Made by a program: the position numbers and the translations under genes. A stretch of DNA of 63,633 nt, filler included, from Sphacelaria rigidula (lineage: Eukaryota): assembly GCA_964200075.2 (NCBI GenBank). It is 10 parts of 10 records of this genome, joined end to end, with 100 filler letters (N's around TTAATTAATTAA, not from the genome) between each part and the next. Parts side by side here need not be neighbours in the genome. Positions count along the whole stretch, not along the records: positions 31,869 to 38,141 come from CAXNAA020021083.1; positions 38,242 to 44,514 come from CAXNAA020021084.1; positions 44,615 to 50,887 come from CAXNAA020021085.1; 7 more parts are not named here. One strand, given 5' to 3'. Numbering within the stretch: the first letter of the stretch is position 1; each line of letters opens with the position of its first letter. Shown piece by piece: positions 36,888 to 47,403 of this stretch. Below the pieces are notes generated by a model that was not told where the DNA came from, did not search any database, and was given only the letters and a program-made list of their open reading frames with translations.

Positions 36888-37181
36888 CACACGCTGCCAT
36901 TTGGCTACACCACAAAATGCCTCCGAAGGGATGCGCGGCCCTCCAATGGGAAAACAAGCCTCCGGAGGCCTTCCATCCCTCTGGAGGAAACCAAAATCTA
37001 CCGACCCGGAGGGCCGCGCACCCCTGCGGAGGAATTTGGGGGTATGCGCGGCCCTCCAGAGGCAAGAATAAGCCTCCGGAGGCGTTCAATCCCTCTGGAG
37101 GAAACCAAAAACTCTCCTCTGGAGGCTCAAAAAGTGTACCCACCTGGAGGAATTTTGAAGGTAGCGAAATGGCCGCGTGTG
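36888..37181. mobile_element. Tc1/mariner-type MITE with TA target duplication
   Basis: ta|cacacgctgccatttggctac ... gtagcgaaatggccgcgtgtg|ta; internal repeated palindromes cctc(c/t)ggagg. Confidence 0.7.
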
Positions 37182-38675
37182 TAGAGAGCTCTATGGTCAA
37201 TCAATGAATGATGAGATATACTGATGCTACTACCGCTGTTGCTACTGCTACACTACAAGCGACTATAGAGAAATAAACATATGATAAGAGTATGAACGAT
37301 ATTAATGACAAAAATAGTGTATGCAGGGCAGGTGCTCATATCCTCAAATGCACATGATCCAGAAGCTGCGGGACGGTGTTTGGGGTTTGCTGGGTCGGTC
37401 GCGAAATATTCACTGACAGCCTGTCGCTCAACTTCCCCCCTAATTTTAGCCTGGTCCAACGAAAAGCCGGCGTGCTCCGTCCACGCTTTGTAGGGGCGGA
37501 CCCCTTATGAGGTTGGCGTGGGTTGGCGATGACACTGTACAACATGCCTCTCACTGGGCAAGCTAGGCAACCAGGTTACCGATGTTTTTACGCGCTCGCA
37601 TTTTGTTTTGCGCTAACGATGATGGTGGTCGAGTAAGGTCATATCGTGCGAGGTGGAAGCACCCCGATGCCGCGCAAAGGAGATGATCGTACCACCTGGC
37701 GTTGAATTGGTGAGACAGCCATGATGTAGTGTATAAGCTGTGGCTGTCTCTGGAAGTGGCGATACCAGAAAATGAAGCAACTCACTGGAGGCTGTCATCC
37801 AAGTGCGAGATATTCAGTACGCTTCGGGCCGACTAATCTTAGCAGGATGCAGCTCACCCCTCATACGATTTGTGCAGCAGATGAAGCTGTTCAAAATGGA
37901 TCCTGTTTCTGCCAAATTTAACGGGGCGAAAAAAGAACCTATTTCGAATAACTTCTGCTGTCCGAAGTAATTCCTCTTTTTGCCCGATTGCCCAATTGGA
38001 AATCGGGCAAAAAGATAAATTACTTCGTACAGCTTCTCGGAATAAATAAATTTAACATTATATTCGTGAGATTCAGAGGGTAGTTTCAGATTCAGAGTGA
38101 GACCCGAAACAATCGACTTTCCCGTCGATTTTGACATCGCCNNNNNNNNNNNNNNNNNNNNNNNNNNNNNNNNNNNNNNNNNNNNTTAATTAATTAANNN
38201 NNNNNNNNNNNNNNNNNNNNNNNNNNNNNNNNNNNNNNNNNCCCGGCTTTGTAGGGATGCGAGGTCAATGTTCTTATGACTACGGCATGCATGATCATGA
38301 GTACACCCCATCAAACACCGCCGACCAAAACCAGAATGGACAATGCAAACATATACGTGGAGGTTGTTGCCCACCAGAGGGGGTCATCTAGGTCTTGCAC
38401 ACTATTTTCTTCGAGCGAAAACGATACTGATTCAACAAATAATCCACCCTGGCGATTACAGCTCCAAACACCCGTGGTTGTAGTGATACAGACTCAGCTT
38501 TTGTTTGCCAAGTTTCAAATGAACATTCTGCGTCCATCACTCTTCTTCAGCGAGTATTTTCCATAATGTTTTATCTTTTTCGGGTACGTCTATGATGTGA
38601 CGACCAATGAATTAAATCAATAACGTGATCCCATGAAACATACTACAATACCACTGTTGATGTTAATCCGAACAG

Positions 38676-38847
38676 GCAAACCACGATGCTCCGGAGGCTT
38701 CCAACCCGTCATCGGGAAGCGGTGCCTCGCCTGGCCCAGTCCTTGCTGGGGAAGCGCGTAGTGTCCGCGAGCGCCGGTTATGCTCACTCTGTAGCGGTGA
38801 CCGCCGACGGACGTTGCTTCTGCACTGGCCAAAACGACAGGGGCCAG
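38676..38847 (+). CDS. RCC1-repeat (RLD beta-propeller) protein, exon 1 of 5 seen
   Basis: aacag| ... cag|gtgtgt. VPRLAQSLLGKRVVSASAGYAHSVAVTADGRCFCTGQNDRGQ is a canonical RCC1 repeat. Confidence 0.9.
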
Positions 38848-38908
38848 GTGTGTGTGCGTGTATGTATGTGTGTGTGTGCGCGCGCGCGTGTGTGTGCGCG
38901 CGTGTTTT

Positions 38909-38940
<32 letters not shown>

Positions 38941-40345
38941 TTTGCAGGCATGGTTGCTTGCATGCATGCATGTCACCGCACTCCGGCGGTCTGATAAGTG
39001 CACCAATAGGCAGTAGTCACGCCGAAGGATGTGGGTTCGAAGACCCCAAGGTAAATGCGGTCTTTTGGGCGGGATCTGTTGTCCGTCGCTGAAAGCTGAA
39101 AGCGGGAGGAGGCGAATGGTGAAAAAGAAAAATAATTTCGACAAATGAGGAGGGTTTCCGAGGGAGAGCCGATCCAATATTCGATACCAAAGTGCCATGC
39201 ATTTCCGGGGGGATCGGTGTGTTGATCCCTTGATACTACTAACGTACGGACCAGTTCCGAGGAAGGTTATGGGAGGTTCAAGAGTACGACATATATATAT
39301 ATATATATATATCATGTATGTGACATAGTACTGAAACACTCTCGGGGGAAGAATGTTCTGGGGCCTGACGATTCATCATCCAGAGGTGTTGTGCAGGGGG
39401 TGATGAACAATGTACATCGATAAAGCATAGCAGGTGTTAATATCACCCAGGAGTTGTATTTTGGGGGATGATATTGAGCGTACGGGTGTTTTTCTGTATT
39501 GCACACAGGATATTATTTTCCAGACCGACAATTGCAGGCTCTAAAGAGCTACCGCTCGGGGAGTTAAGAGGTACATGTAGTTAGAGATACGTTGAGCTCG
39601 AGTGGGGTTCAAAGTCACTTGTAGTTCAAGCCACGTCATCGCGTGCACTCAAGGGAGACTGGTAGTGATTGAGTTCCCCCTTTTTTATTTACAATTCCCC
39701 GACATTGATTGCCTGATTGTTTTGGCAAGTTTGTATCCGCTGCTCCTTTCATGAACCCAGGTGTGGTCGTTGGTGACAAGAGTTGGGTGCACCCCACTGT
39801 ATGAATATATATTCGTTCCTTAGGGCCGTTCGTTCTAACCGAGGCGATTTTTTTTCATGTTGTGGTGAATGAACTACAGCGGTGTGTGCAACGCCTTTCC
39901 AATTGTTCTTGGAAACGTTGCTCATTCTAATTTCCACATGAAATGAAGATTTGTTTTCCTCGTTGAGAGCGGCCCTAGCGGTGACTCGAGTACACAAACA
40001 AACGAGGAAAGGACAGTGGTTTTTATCGCCCCCCCCCCCCCCGTTTGATGCTTTAGACAGTAGGGAGAAAACGATGGTGATACTAGGAGATAGATGGTGG
40101 CCAGAGAGGGCGAAACAGGACGGGGATAAGATCTGTGAAAGGTTTTGTGCAATGTATGAAAGAAACATAATGAGCACCGGAATGTTAGAGGTGTCTCTAT
40201 TGGGAGTTGGAACGGTGCTCCGTCTCGAAAGGAACGCGTGATCAATGGTCAAACGACTAAGGCGACCAACAAATGAGTACGCCCCCCCTTCCCCCCCCTC
40301 CTCCTCTGTTTTTTTTTCTCTCTCCCTCTTTTCCGCATTCCGCAG

Positions 40346-40420
40346 CTGGGGCTTGGCCACCGCATCCACAGTGGCGTGTTCCGTCAGGTAATCGACATGG
40401 AAGGACGCTTTTTCCTCGAG
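40346..40420 (+). CDS. RCC1-repeat protein exon 2
   Basis: ttccgcag| ... gag|gtgagc; 75 nt, phase 0. LGLGHRIHSGVFRQVIDMEGRFFLE completes the GQ-LGLG motif. Confidence 0.85.
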
Positions 40421-41029
40421 GTGAGCTACTGATGGGCTTCGGTGTGAATCTAGGGCATGTATCGGGCTATTGGGTATAGCACATGACCGGAGGCTACGGG
40501 TGTTTATCACTCCCTTCATATACCTGTTCCGATGACGGAAACCAATGATATACCTCCTACGCTGTTCAGTGCCTCCATGCATGCATGCATTACACCCCTG
40601 TTGACTAAACTCTAATGACTGGCCAAGACAACGACATTTCTCATTGATTAATTTGCTGGCAATGCTGCACGAGGTCAATGTTCAACTTCAGAAATATGTC
40701 TCTCTTCCATATTCTCTCAATATCTCTCAATATCTCTCTGCATATATATTACATATGAAAAATGACTCAGTGCAGTTACCTGACTCCCGGCTTGTTCAGT
40801 ATTGCAAGCTGACCTAAAAGTACCATTCTGTAGACCGGTCGTTCACATATTGAATTCACATATACGTGAAATCTCCGTCGTATCATGTATAGGTGTGCAT
40901 GTGTGGATAAGAAACAGTCAAACGTGGAGATGGTGACGAAATGAAGTGGTTCCACACCCGCGCCGTCTCAAGATGTCGAGTTTTTTCTCGCCCGGAACCG
41001 CGTGCGTGCCCGCGTGTCTGCCCGGCAAG

Positions 41030-41149
41030 GTGGCATGCGGTGAACAACACAATGTAGCCCGCGCAGTGCTTCGTGAGTCGTTCCCTTCAAGCTCGGGGGA
41101 TGATTCCAAAGCCGACCTCTACGTGTGGGGTGGCGGTCAGCTCGGACAG
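41030..41149 (+). CDS. RCC1-repeat protein exon 3
   Basis: caag| ... cag|gtgcat; 120 nt. VACGEQHNVARAV...DLYVWGGGQLGQ. Confidence 0.88.
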
Positions 41150-41722
41150 GTGCATGTGGAACCGGCCTGGGTAGGGTTTCCGGGAGACGGGGTTTGTTTG
41201 TCTCACAGGCAGCAGATTCTTGTCATGCGCGAGTTAGACAACATACAAGAGACGAGAGATCGGTACAGTACATGGGGAGACAGACGGGCAGAAAAAAGAT
41301 ACAAGAGAGACGGAGAAATATGTTGCCCGCTTCATCCGGATAGAGCAAGGGGGAATGCTATAGGTGTGAAGATGCGATTCCCGTGTCTGTCGACCCTTTG
41401 ACCGCAAGGATGGACAATCTGTTGGATCGGGGACGTTTTCGCTTGGAAAGTGGATGCAACACACAGATGACCCATCATAGAAGGTCAAGGGGTTGAACGC
41501 GACACATGAAAACAGCAACTAGTAGTTTTTGCAGTAGCAGCAGTAGTGGTGGTGTTGGGAAGAGCAGCAGCAGTTGTAGTTGTAGTTTGTAGTTATAGTT
41601 GTAGTAGTGGTGCTATGTTGATAACCAACGTCACGATACGGATGAATCACCACGTTCCCTTTTTCTGGCCGGCCCCCTTGATAGCTCGTCTTTGTTTTCC
41701 TTGACTTGCTTTCCACCGTCAG

Positions 41723-41897
41723 CTTGGCTTAGGCGCTGCGTCTACCCGCCTCGCTCCGACTCATAATTCTCTGCTCGGCGATGGTGACGGCGGCGTAGTG
41801 AGCGTGGGTGCGGGTGCGAACCACTCCGTGTGTGCTGTCGCCAGCGGGCGAGTGTTCGGCTGGGGCCACGCCGAATACAACCAGCAGGGGGTGGCAG
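41723..41897 (+). CDS. RCC1-repeat protein exon 4
   Basis: ttccaccgtcag| ... cag|gtgtga; 175 nt, ends phase 1. LGLGAASTRLAPTH...VVSVGAGANHSVCAVASGRVFGWGHAEYNQQG. Confidence 0.9.
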
Positions 41898-43609
41898 GTG
41901 TGATGTAGTTGTCGTTGCTGCTGCTGCTGCTGCTGCTGTTACTGTTACTGCTGTTGTTGCTGTTGTTACTGTTGCTGATTCTGCTTTTGTCTCGATTCAC
42001 CTTGGAAAAGCGGTAGATATTGAGATTTCCTGGGCGAACATACACGCTGCAACACTGGTACCGAGCAGTAGAGAGTAAAAAGGCGTGTTCGAAATCTCAG
42101 TTTGGTCATGTTCCAGGCCATACGTTTCTGCCTCCTCGCATTGACACATGGATATCATATAATAAATATATCATGTATCTTACAGATATCCTTGTCTTAT
42201 GTTGAATGTCACCCTCGTTCGTTGGGGTCGACTGGACTGTGGGTCGCCTGCTGAGCGGGGTGGATGGCGCTTATCTTGATCTCGATTGATATGGGGATGC
42301 ACAGCGACATGGGGTACCGCACGTGAACGGAGCACTCGAACACGCGTACACAGTAGGTAGTCCTACACTGTATTGCGTCCGGCTTTCTAACATCTCAAAA
42401 AATCGGGAAAAAGAACTCAGACCTCATTCATACAAGCTCGTACGAGCTGGGCCAGCCAAGAGTAGGTGTGAATCTCGCTCAGGCGACGCACGGCGCGATA
42501 CTAGGAGTTGGGCGCTGAATTTTGACAGCTGTTTTTTTATTATCGAAATGCAAAATATCACGTGAGCATCAAAGGAAAAAAGAAAAAATATATATGGGCA
42601 TTTGAAATTTCAGCAAAAGATAATGTCATAAGTCCAGGAAAAAAAGGAGAATCTGCAGCTGGTCACGTGAAGTATCAGTTTCTTGGGTGCAGAAGGTGTA
42701 CCTGAAATTTCAGCTTAAGAGTCGTCGAATTGGGCCGTGCGCTCATCATTTTCCGTGACGCTGCTGCACCCATATGAATCAAGTGATGGGAGACTCCAAT
42801 TCTGGAGGTCATGAGTTCAAATCCCGACAGTTTTTTTTTTTTTTTCGTTTATCATTAAGGTTATACATTATGCAGTACATTTTTTTCATTTTTTTTTTTC
42901 CCCATTTAGCGGCGGCGCCGTGTGTTACCAGGTCGGTCTACACTTCACAGTAATATGCTTACATCGGGTTCATTCGGGAAACTGGGAAAGCTGTGGTGTG
43001 AGCAACTTTTAGTCGCTTTTAAGCTGGCCCAGCTCGTACTCCCCTCACCTTCTTTGTACATACTCCCCCTCCCATCTTTGGAGATTTGACGTTGGCAACG
43101 AAAACACGCCAACTCACTGCGCAAGTTCGGCAGCCAGTTTACTTTTTTTTCCCTTCTTTTCTTTTGCGTTTTTTTGCGGTAACCATGATGGTGCTTGAGT
43201 TAGGTCATATCGTGTGAGAACCTCAACTCCGCCCGAGGAGGGTGACCGTACGACGTAGTGTTTAAGTAGTGAAATACCCTCGAGTCAGTGTAACTCGTGG
43301 CTGTCTCTGGAAGAAGCGATACCAGAAAATGAAGCATCTCATTCGAGGCTGTCATCCATACATATGCAATATGATCAGGACGCTTCGGGCCGAACAATGT
43401 TAACGGGATGCAGCTTACGCTTCATGCGACTCGCCGAAGACATCACGGCGCGTCGCACTTGGTGATTGATTACGAGCCTGGTCCGGCGAAAAACCCGTCT
43501 CGGCTTTGTAGGGATGCGAGGTCGATGGTCTGATGAGTGCGGCATACAAGATCATGAGTACCCCCCCCTCTCCCCCTCCGTCTCCATCTGTGATATGTGA
43601 TCATTGTAG

Positions 43610-43763
43610 TCGTTGCGGGTGCCGACCTGATGGGAGACCAAGACGTGCACGGCTACTTCCGGGTGCCGAGGATGGTGCACGGGCTAGCAGGCACGGATGT
43701 GGTGTCGGTGTGTTGCGGCAGCAACTTCACCCTCGCCGTTGATCGCGACGGTGTTACACACAG
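43610..43763 (+). CDS. RCC1-repeat protein exon 5 (gene continues off the contig)
   Basis: ttgtag|, phase-1 start matches exon 4. VPRMVHGLAGTDVVSVCCGSNFTLAVDRDG; donor cag|gttggt. Confidence 0.88.
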
Positions 43764-43768
43764 GTTGG

Positions 43769-43820
43769 TGGTACGGTACGGTACGGTACGGTACGGTACG
43801 GTACGGTACGGTACGGTACG
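43769..43820. repeat. (GGTAC)n microsatellite; other microsatellites at 20637-20668, 21825-21905, 22443-22472, 38850-38940, 39291-39311, 41915-41975, 50836-50862
   Basis: Direct inspection. Confidence 0.95.
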
Positions 43821-43858
43821 GCACACTTGTTCCGGAGGCGTATTGTGGCCGTACTGCG

Positions 43859-44219
43859 GGTCGCCCCAGTGGCTCAGTTGGTAACCTCGAAAACTTCTGA
43901 CGGTTGGATCATGGGTTCGAATCTCGGAGCGATCAGGGACTTTTCTCACACAATGCCCAACAGTGGAGAGCGGCTATGTCGTGGGTACACAAAATTCAAT
44001 TAAATGGTCGACGAGGGAGAGGGACTGCTGAACCCCTCCCGCGATAAAAAACGAAGGCAAGCACCGCAGAAGGAAGGTGGAGAATTAAAAATAAACAAGA
44101 AGAAAAAATCCCCGAGTTGACCTTCCTCCTGTGTGACCCCGGCTGGTGCGCCGACATACCGAAAGGTGTAGACTAGCGTCCGGAAGAGATGGGATCACAA
44201 CACACACACACACACACAC
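43859..44219 (+). mobile_element. tRNA-derived SINE (~360 bp) with (CA)n tail; copies at 36505-36852(-), 57760-58035(-), 3' part at 29230-29350(+)
   Basis: Pol III A box TGGCTCAGTTGG (43870-81) and B box GGTTCGAATCT (43914-24), followed by a conserved non-tRNA body. Confidence 0.85.
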
Positions 44220-44257
44220 TGCCAACCCTCCCCCCTCCCCCCCCCCTAATTACAGGA

Positions 44258-44353
44258 GCCTGGTCCGGCGAAAACCCGGCGTGCTCCGTCCCGGCTTTGT
44301 AGGGATGCGAGGTCAATGGTCTTATGACTATGACATGCATGATCATGAGTACA
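44258..44353 (-). mobile_element. Family A short retroposon with a 14-bp target-site duplication
   Basis: ccctaattacagga at both 44244-44257 and 44354-44367. Confidence 0.85.
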
Positions 44354-45381
44354 CCCTAATTACAGGACAAGGGGATAGGTGCAGTGCAGGAATGGTGAAA
44401 GGGAATTATTGATAATTTCTACGATAGCCCCCCACCAAAATCAGGCCAAAAGTGTCACGAAAAGAATGGCCATACAGCGCCTGATGTTTGGGTTCAGGCT
44501 GCATTAACCCTTTTNNNNNNNNNNNNNNNNNNNNNNNNNNNNNNNNNNNNNNNNNNNNTTAATTAATTAANNNNNNNNNNNNNNNNNNNNNNNNNNNNNN
44601 NNNNNNNNNNNNNNCATTCCATATTTTTCCACATGAGCTGCCCGTACATCATCACATACCAACTCTTTTCTACCACCACCGGCACTGTATCAGTGTGCAC
44701 CCTTTCGCTACACCCACCCCGCCGCAAGTGCCGCCGGCCTTTTATTCTTCAGTAGCTAGTGTTGACCGTCTCTTGCTGTCTCAAAATATGCTCACCATGC
44801 ACCACATTTGTTTTTGTGCCCAACCTCGGTGTTGACTGTACATTACCCGACCCCACCCTGTACCATGTATGTGAACCAAACCTCCGTGATAACACTACAG
44901 TAGCACCCTTTCCCCAAGGTCCCGTGTGTGTGAGTTCCACATGGTCTCGGCGGGCAATATGTTGCGGACGGCGAGGTGCCGTGGTGTGCATACGTCGTTA
45001 CTGCTGTACTATCTGAACGAAATCATCTATATTGCATTGTAGATATGAACACGGCCCGGATATACCGGGTGTCGGGTGTTCTTTGTGTAATCCGTACGAA
45101 TTGCCGTCATCACAGCACCGTTGACCCGACCCTCCGCTACCCCACGCGGAGATCATATGTACTATAGTGTGCCACCGTGCATTTTGCTGTCTGGTGCTTT
45201 GTACGCTGCTGTTGTACTGCACTAAATATTTGTATTACGGGCTGAACCTGCTTGTAATGCAGCTATACGTTATCTATCCAAAGGATGCCCCTCCCCCTTT
45301 CCAGATGCGGAGTTCCTTCTGCCAGTAGGGCCCCACCGAGCCCCCACACAAAATGGGGTTACTAAATTAGCGCGTAAAGGC

Positions 45382-47403
45382 ATGCTTTACACGGATGATG
45401 ATGGCGTTGTTCTTTTAGTTCACCGGCCCCCCACGAACCCTCCTGGAGGGAAATCTACAAGTAGTCACGCCCGTTTGTTGGGTGATGCCCCCGTACGTAT
45501 TTATGTTCCGATGCTTCTGCGTCCATGGGTCCTCCATGAATGCCACTCGCAAGCATCCACGCATCTAGGCGTCGCTAGGACATCTCAGATGCTTCAACGT
45601 CTTTTTTGGTGGATTTGCATGGACCAAGGTGTGCGTTGGTGGGTTCGGCGGTGTCTTCTTTGCCAAGCACGCAAAACTTCACGTCAAACAGTTAGATGGC
45701 CGGTAATCTCTATGCCCCTTCCTAATGGGCCTGGTGAAATAGTTTCATGGGACTACTTTGGCCCCCTGCCCCTCACTGATAGTGGTAACAAGTACATTTT
45801 ATTGTTTACAAATCGGTTCAGTCGACATGCTGTGATGAATGCTGTTTCGGAGGCCAATTACACTGCAGAAGGGACTGCTAACGTCTTTGTGTACACATAC
45901 ATCGCTCAGTGGGGTGTCTCCAAACGTTTGTTATCCGATAACGGCCCACATTTTGCCGGCAAACTTTCTGCCGCGATCAGTAATCTCCTGGGTGCCCATC
46001 GTATTTTTACTAGTTAGTTCATACCATCCGTCCACAAACGGTGGGACCGAACGAGTTAATCGCACGATGGCGCAAATGCTTGCCACAGTGACCAATGAGC
46101 GACAAACGGGCTGGGACCTGCACTTGCCCCTTGTCCAAATGAACTACAACAACTCCGTCGATGCCGCCACAGGCTTGGCTCCCAATGAAGTTCATATTGG
46201 TCGTATGCCCAGGCTGCCATTGACAGTGTTCGACAGGAAACCCCCTGGTGGTCATCAGAGTTTGGATCGGGGTATCGTGGAGTATCATATGTCTGTTAGT
46301 AATCGTCTTCGTCTTGCACATGAGGTAGTGCGGGAGCAGAACTTGATCAACGCAGCAAAGGTAGCTGAGGCAAACCGCGTGTTGGATGATGCAGTGAACA
46401 ACCGTCCGGTGTACAAAGTAGGTGACTGGGCATGGGTGTATAACGATGTGAGAACTGTAACCCAAGGTGCGAGCTCTGCTAAGTCGTCGTCGGATAAGGT
46501 GTTGAAGTCGAAGCTTTGCTTGAATTGGACTGGTCCTTGGAAGATTTTGGCAGTTGGGCCCTGTGATACCGCCCCTGACGATAAACCAGTAGGTGAGAAG
46601 CTCTTGTATTTGGATTTTCCCACGGATGAACCTGGCGTCAAACCCAAAAACCGGGTATCGATGCTTCGGTGCAAGCCGTGTCTGCCCCCTCACGACACTA
46701 GTGACCTGCCCACGCAATTGCCTATGGGGCTCAGTCAGTATGTGCTAACCAGGTATGCGGCAAAATCCCCCCCGTACCACATGACGGTCGAAGACGCTGA
46801 CGGTCCTGTTGAACGTGTAGTGGTAGATCGCATCTCGGGGCACCAATTAGTTCGAGGTCGCGGCGGTAAAATTGCGGTTATTTATCAGACTCACTGGAAA
46901 GGCCTCATGCGTGTTACGTGGGAACGGGAGGAGGATTTGCGCCATTTTCGAAGAGAGATACTTTTATATTGGGTCGGAGATGTCGTCCAACACCGCCCGT
47001 TGAACAAACGATATAGGTCTATGCGCAAGGGCGCAGCAGCTCGTGAACTGGCCCGAGAACACTCGGCACGATTTATCATTTCGGGCTTTAGCCTGATTTC
47101 TCGTTCGCAATACCTGCGCTCTTTTTCGAAGAAACGTTTGCCGAAAGGTGCATATTTTTGGTACAGGGCTATGGATTCGCGGTGGCGGCTGGGGAAGATT
47201 CATTTGATGGATCTTGAGGCGGACGATTCCTACTACATCCGCTTCCTCGATGACCCGGGTCCTCTCAAGATCCGTCTCAACGACTATTACTACACCGAGA
47301 TGCCGACCGCTCGCCGAGGATCTTGGTGCCTACAACGACATGACAAAGGGACATCGACACAGCTGTCTTGCCCAACCCCGACACGGCGTGGGACACGGAA
47401 TAA
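45382..47403 (+). pseudogene. Ty3/gypsy integrase (HHCC + rve + chromo-like + Tudor-like C-terminus), 5'-truncated and frameshifted
   Basis: H..HLG..WW..CLLCQ zinc finger; WDYFGPLP, LLSDNGPHF and YHPSTNGGTERVN (D-D-E). A TAGT duplication at 46011-46018 shifts the frame. Confidence 0.92.

Noticed and set aside
43859..43935. tRNA gene
   Set aside because: The tRNA-like head is attached to the same long body in several dispersed copies, so it is a SINE.
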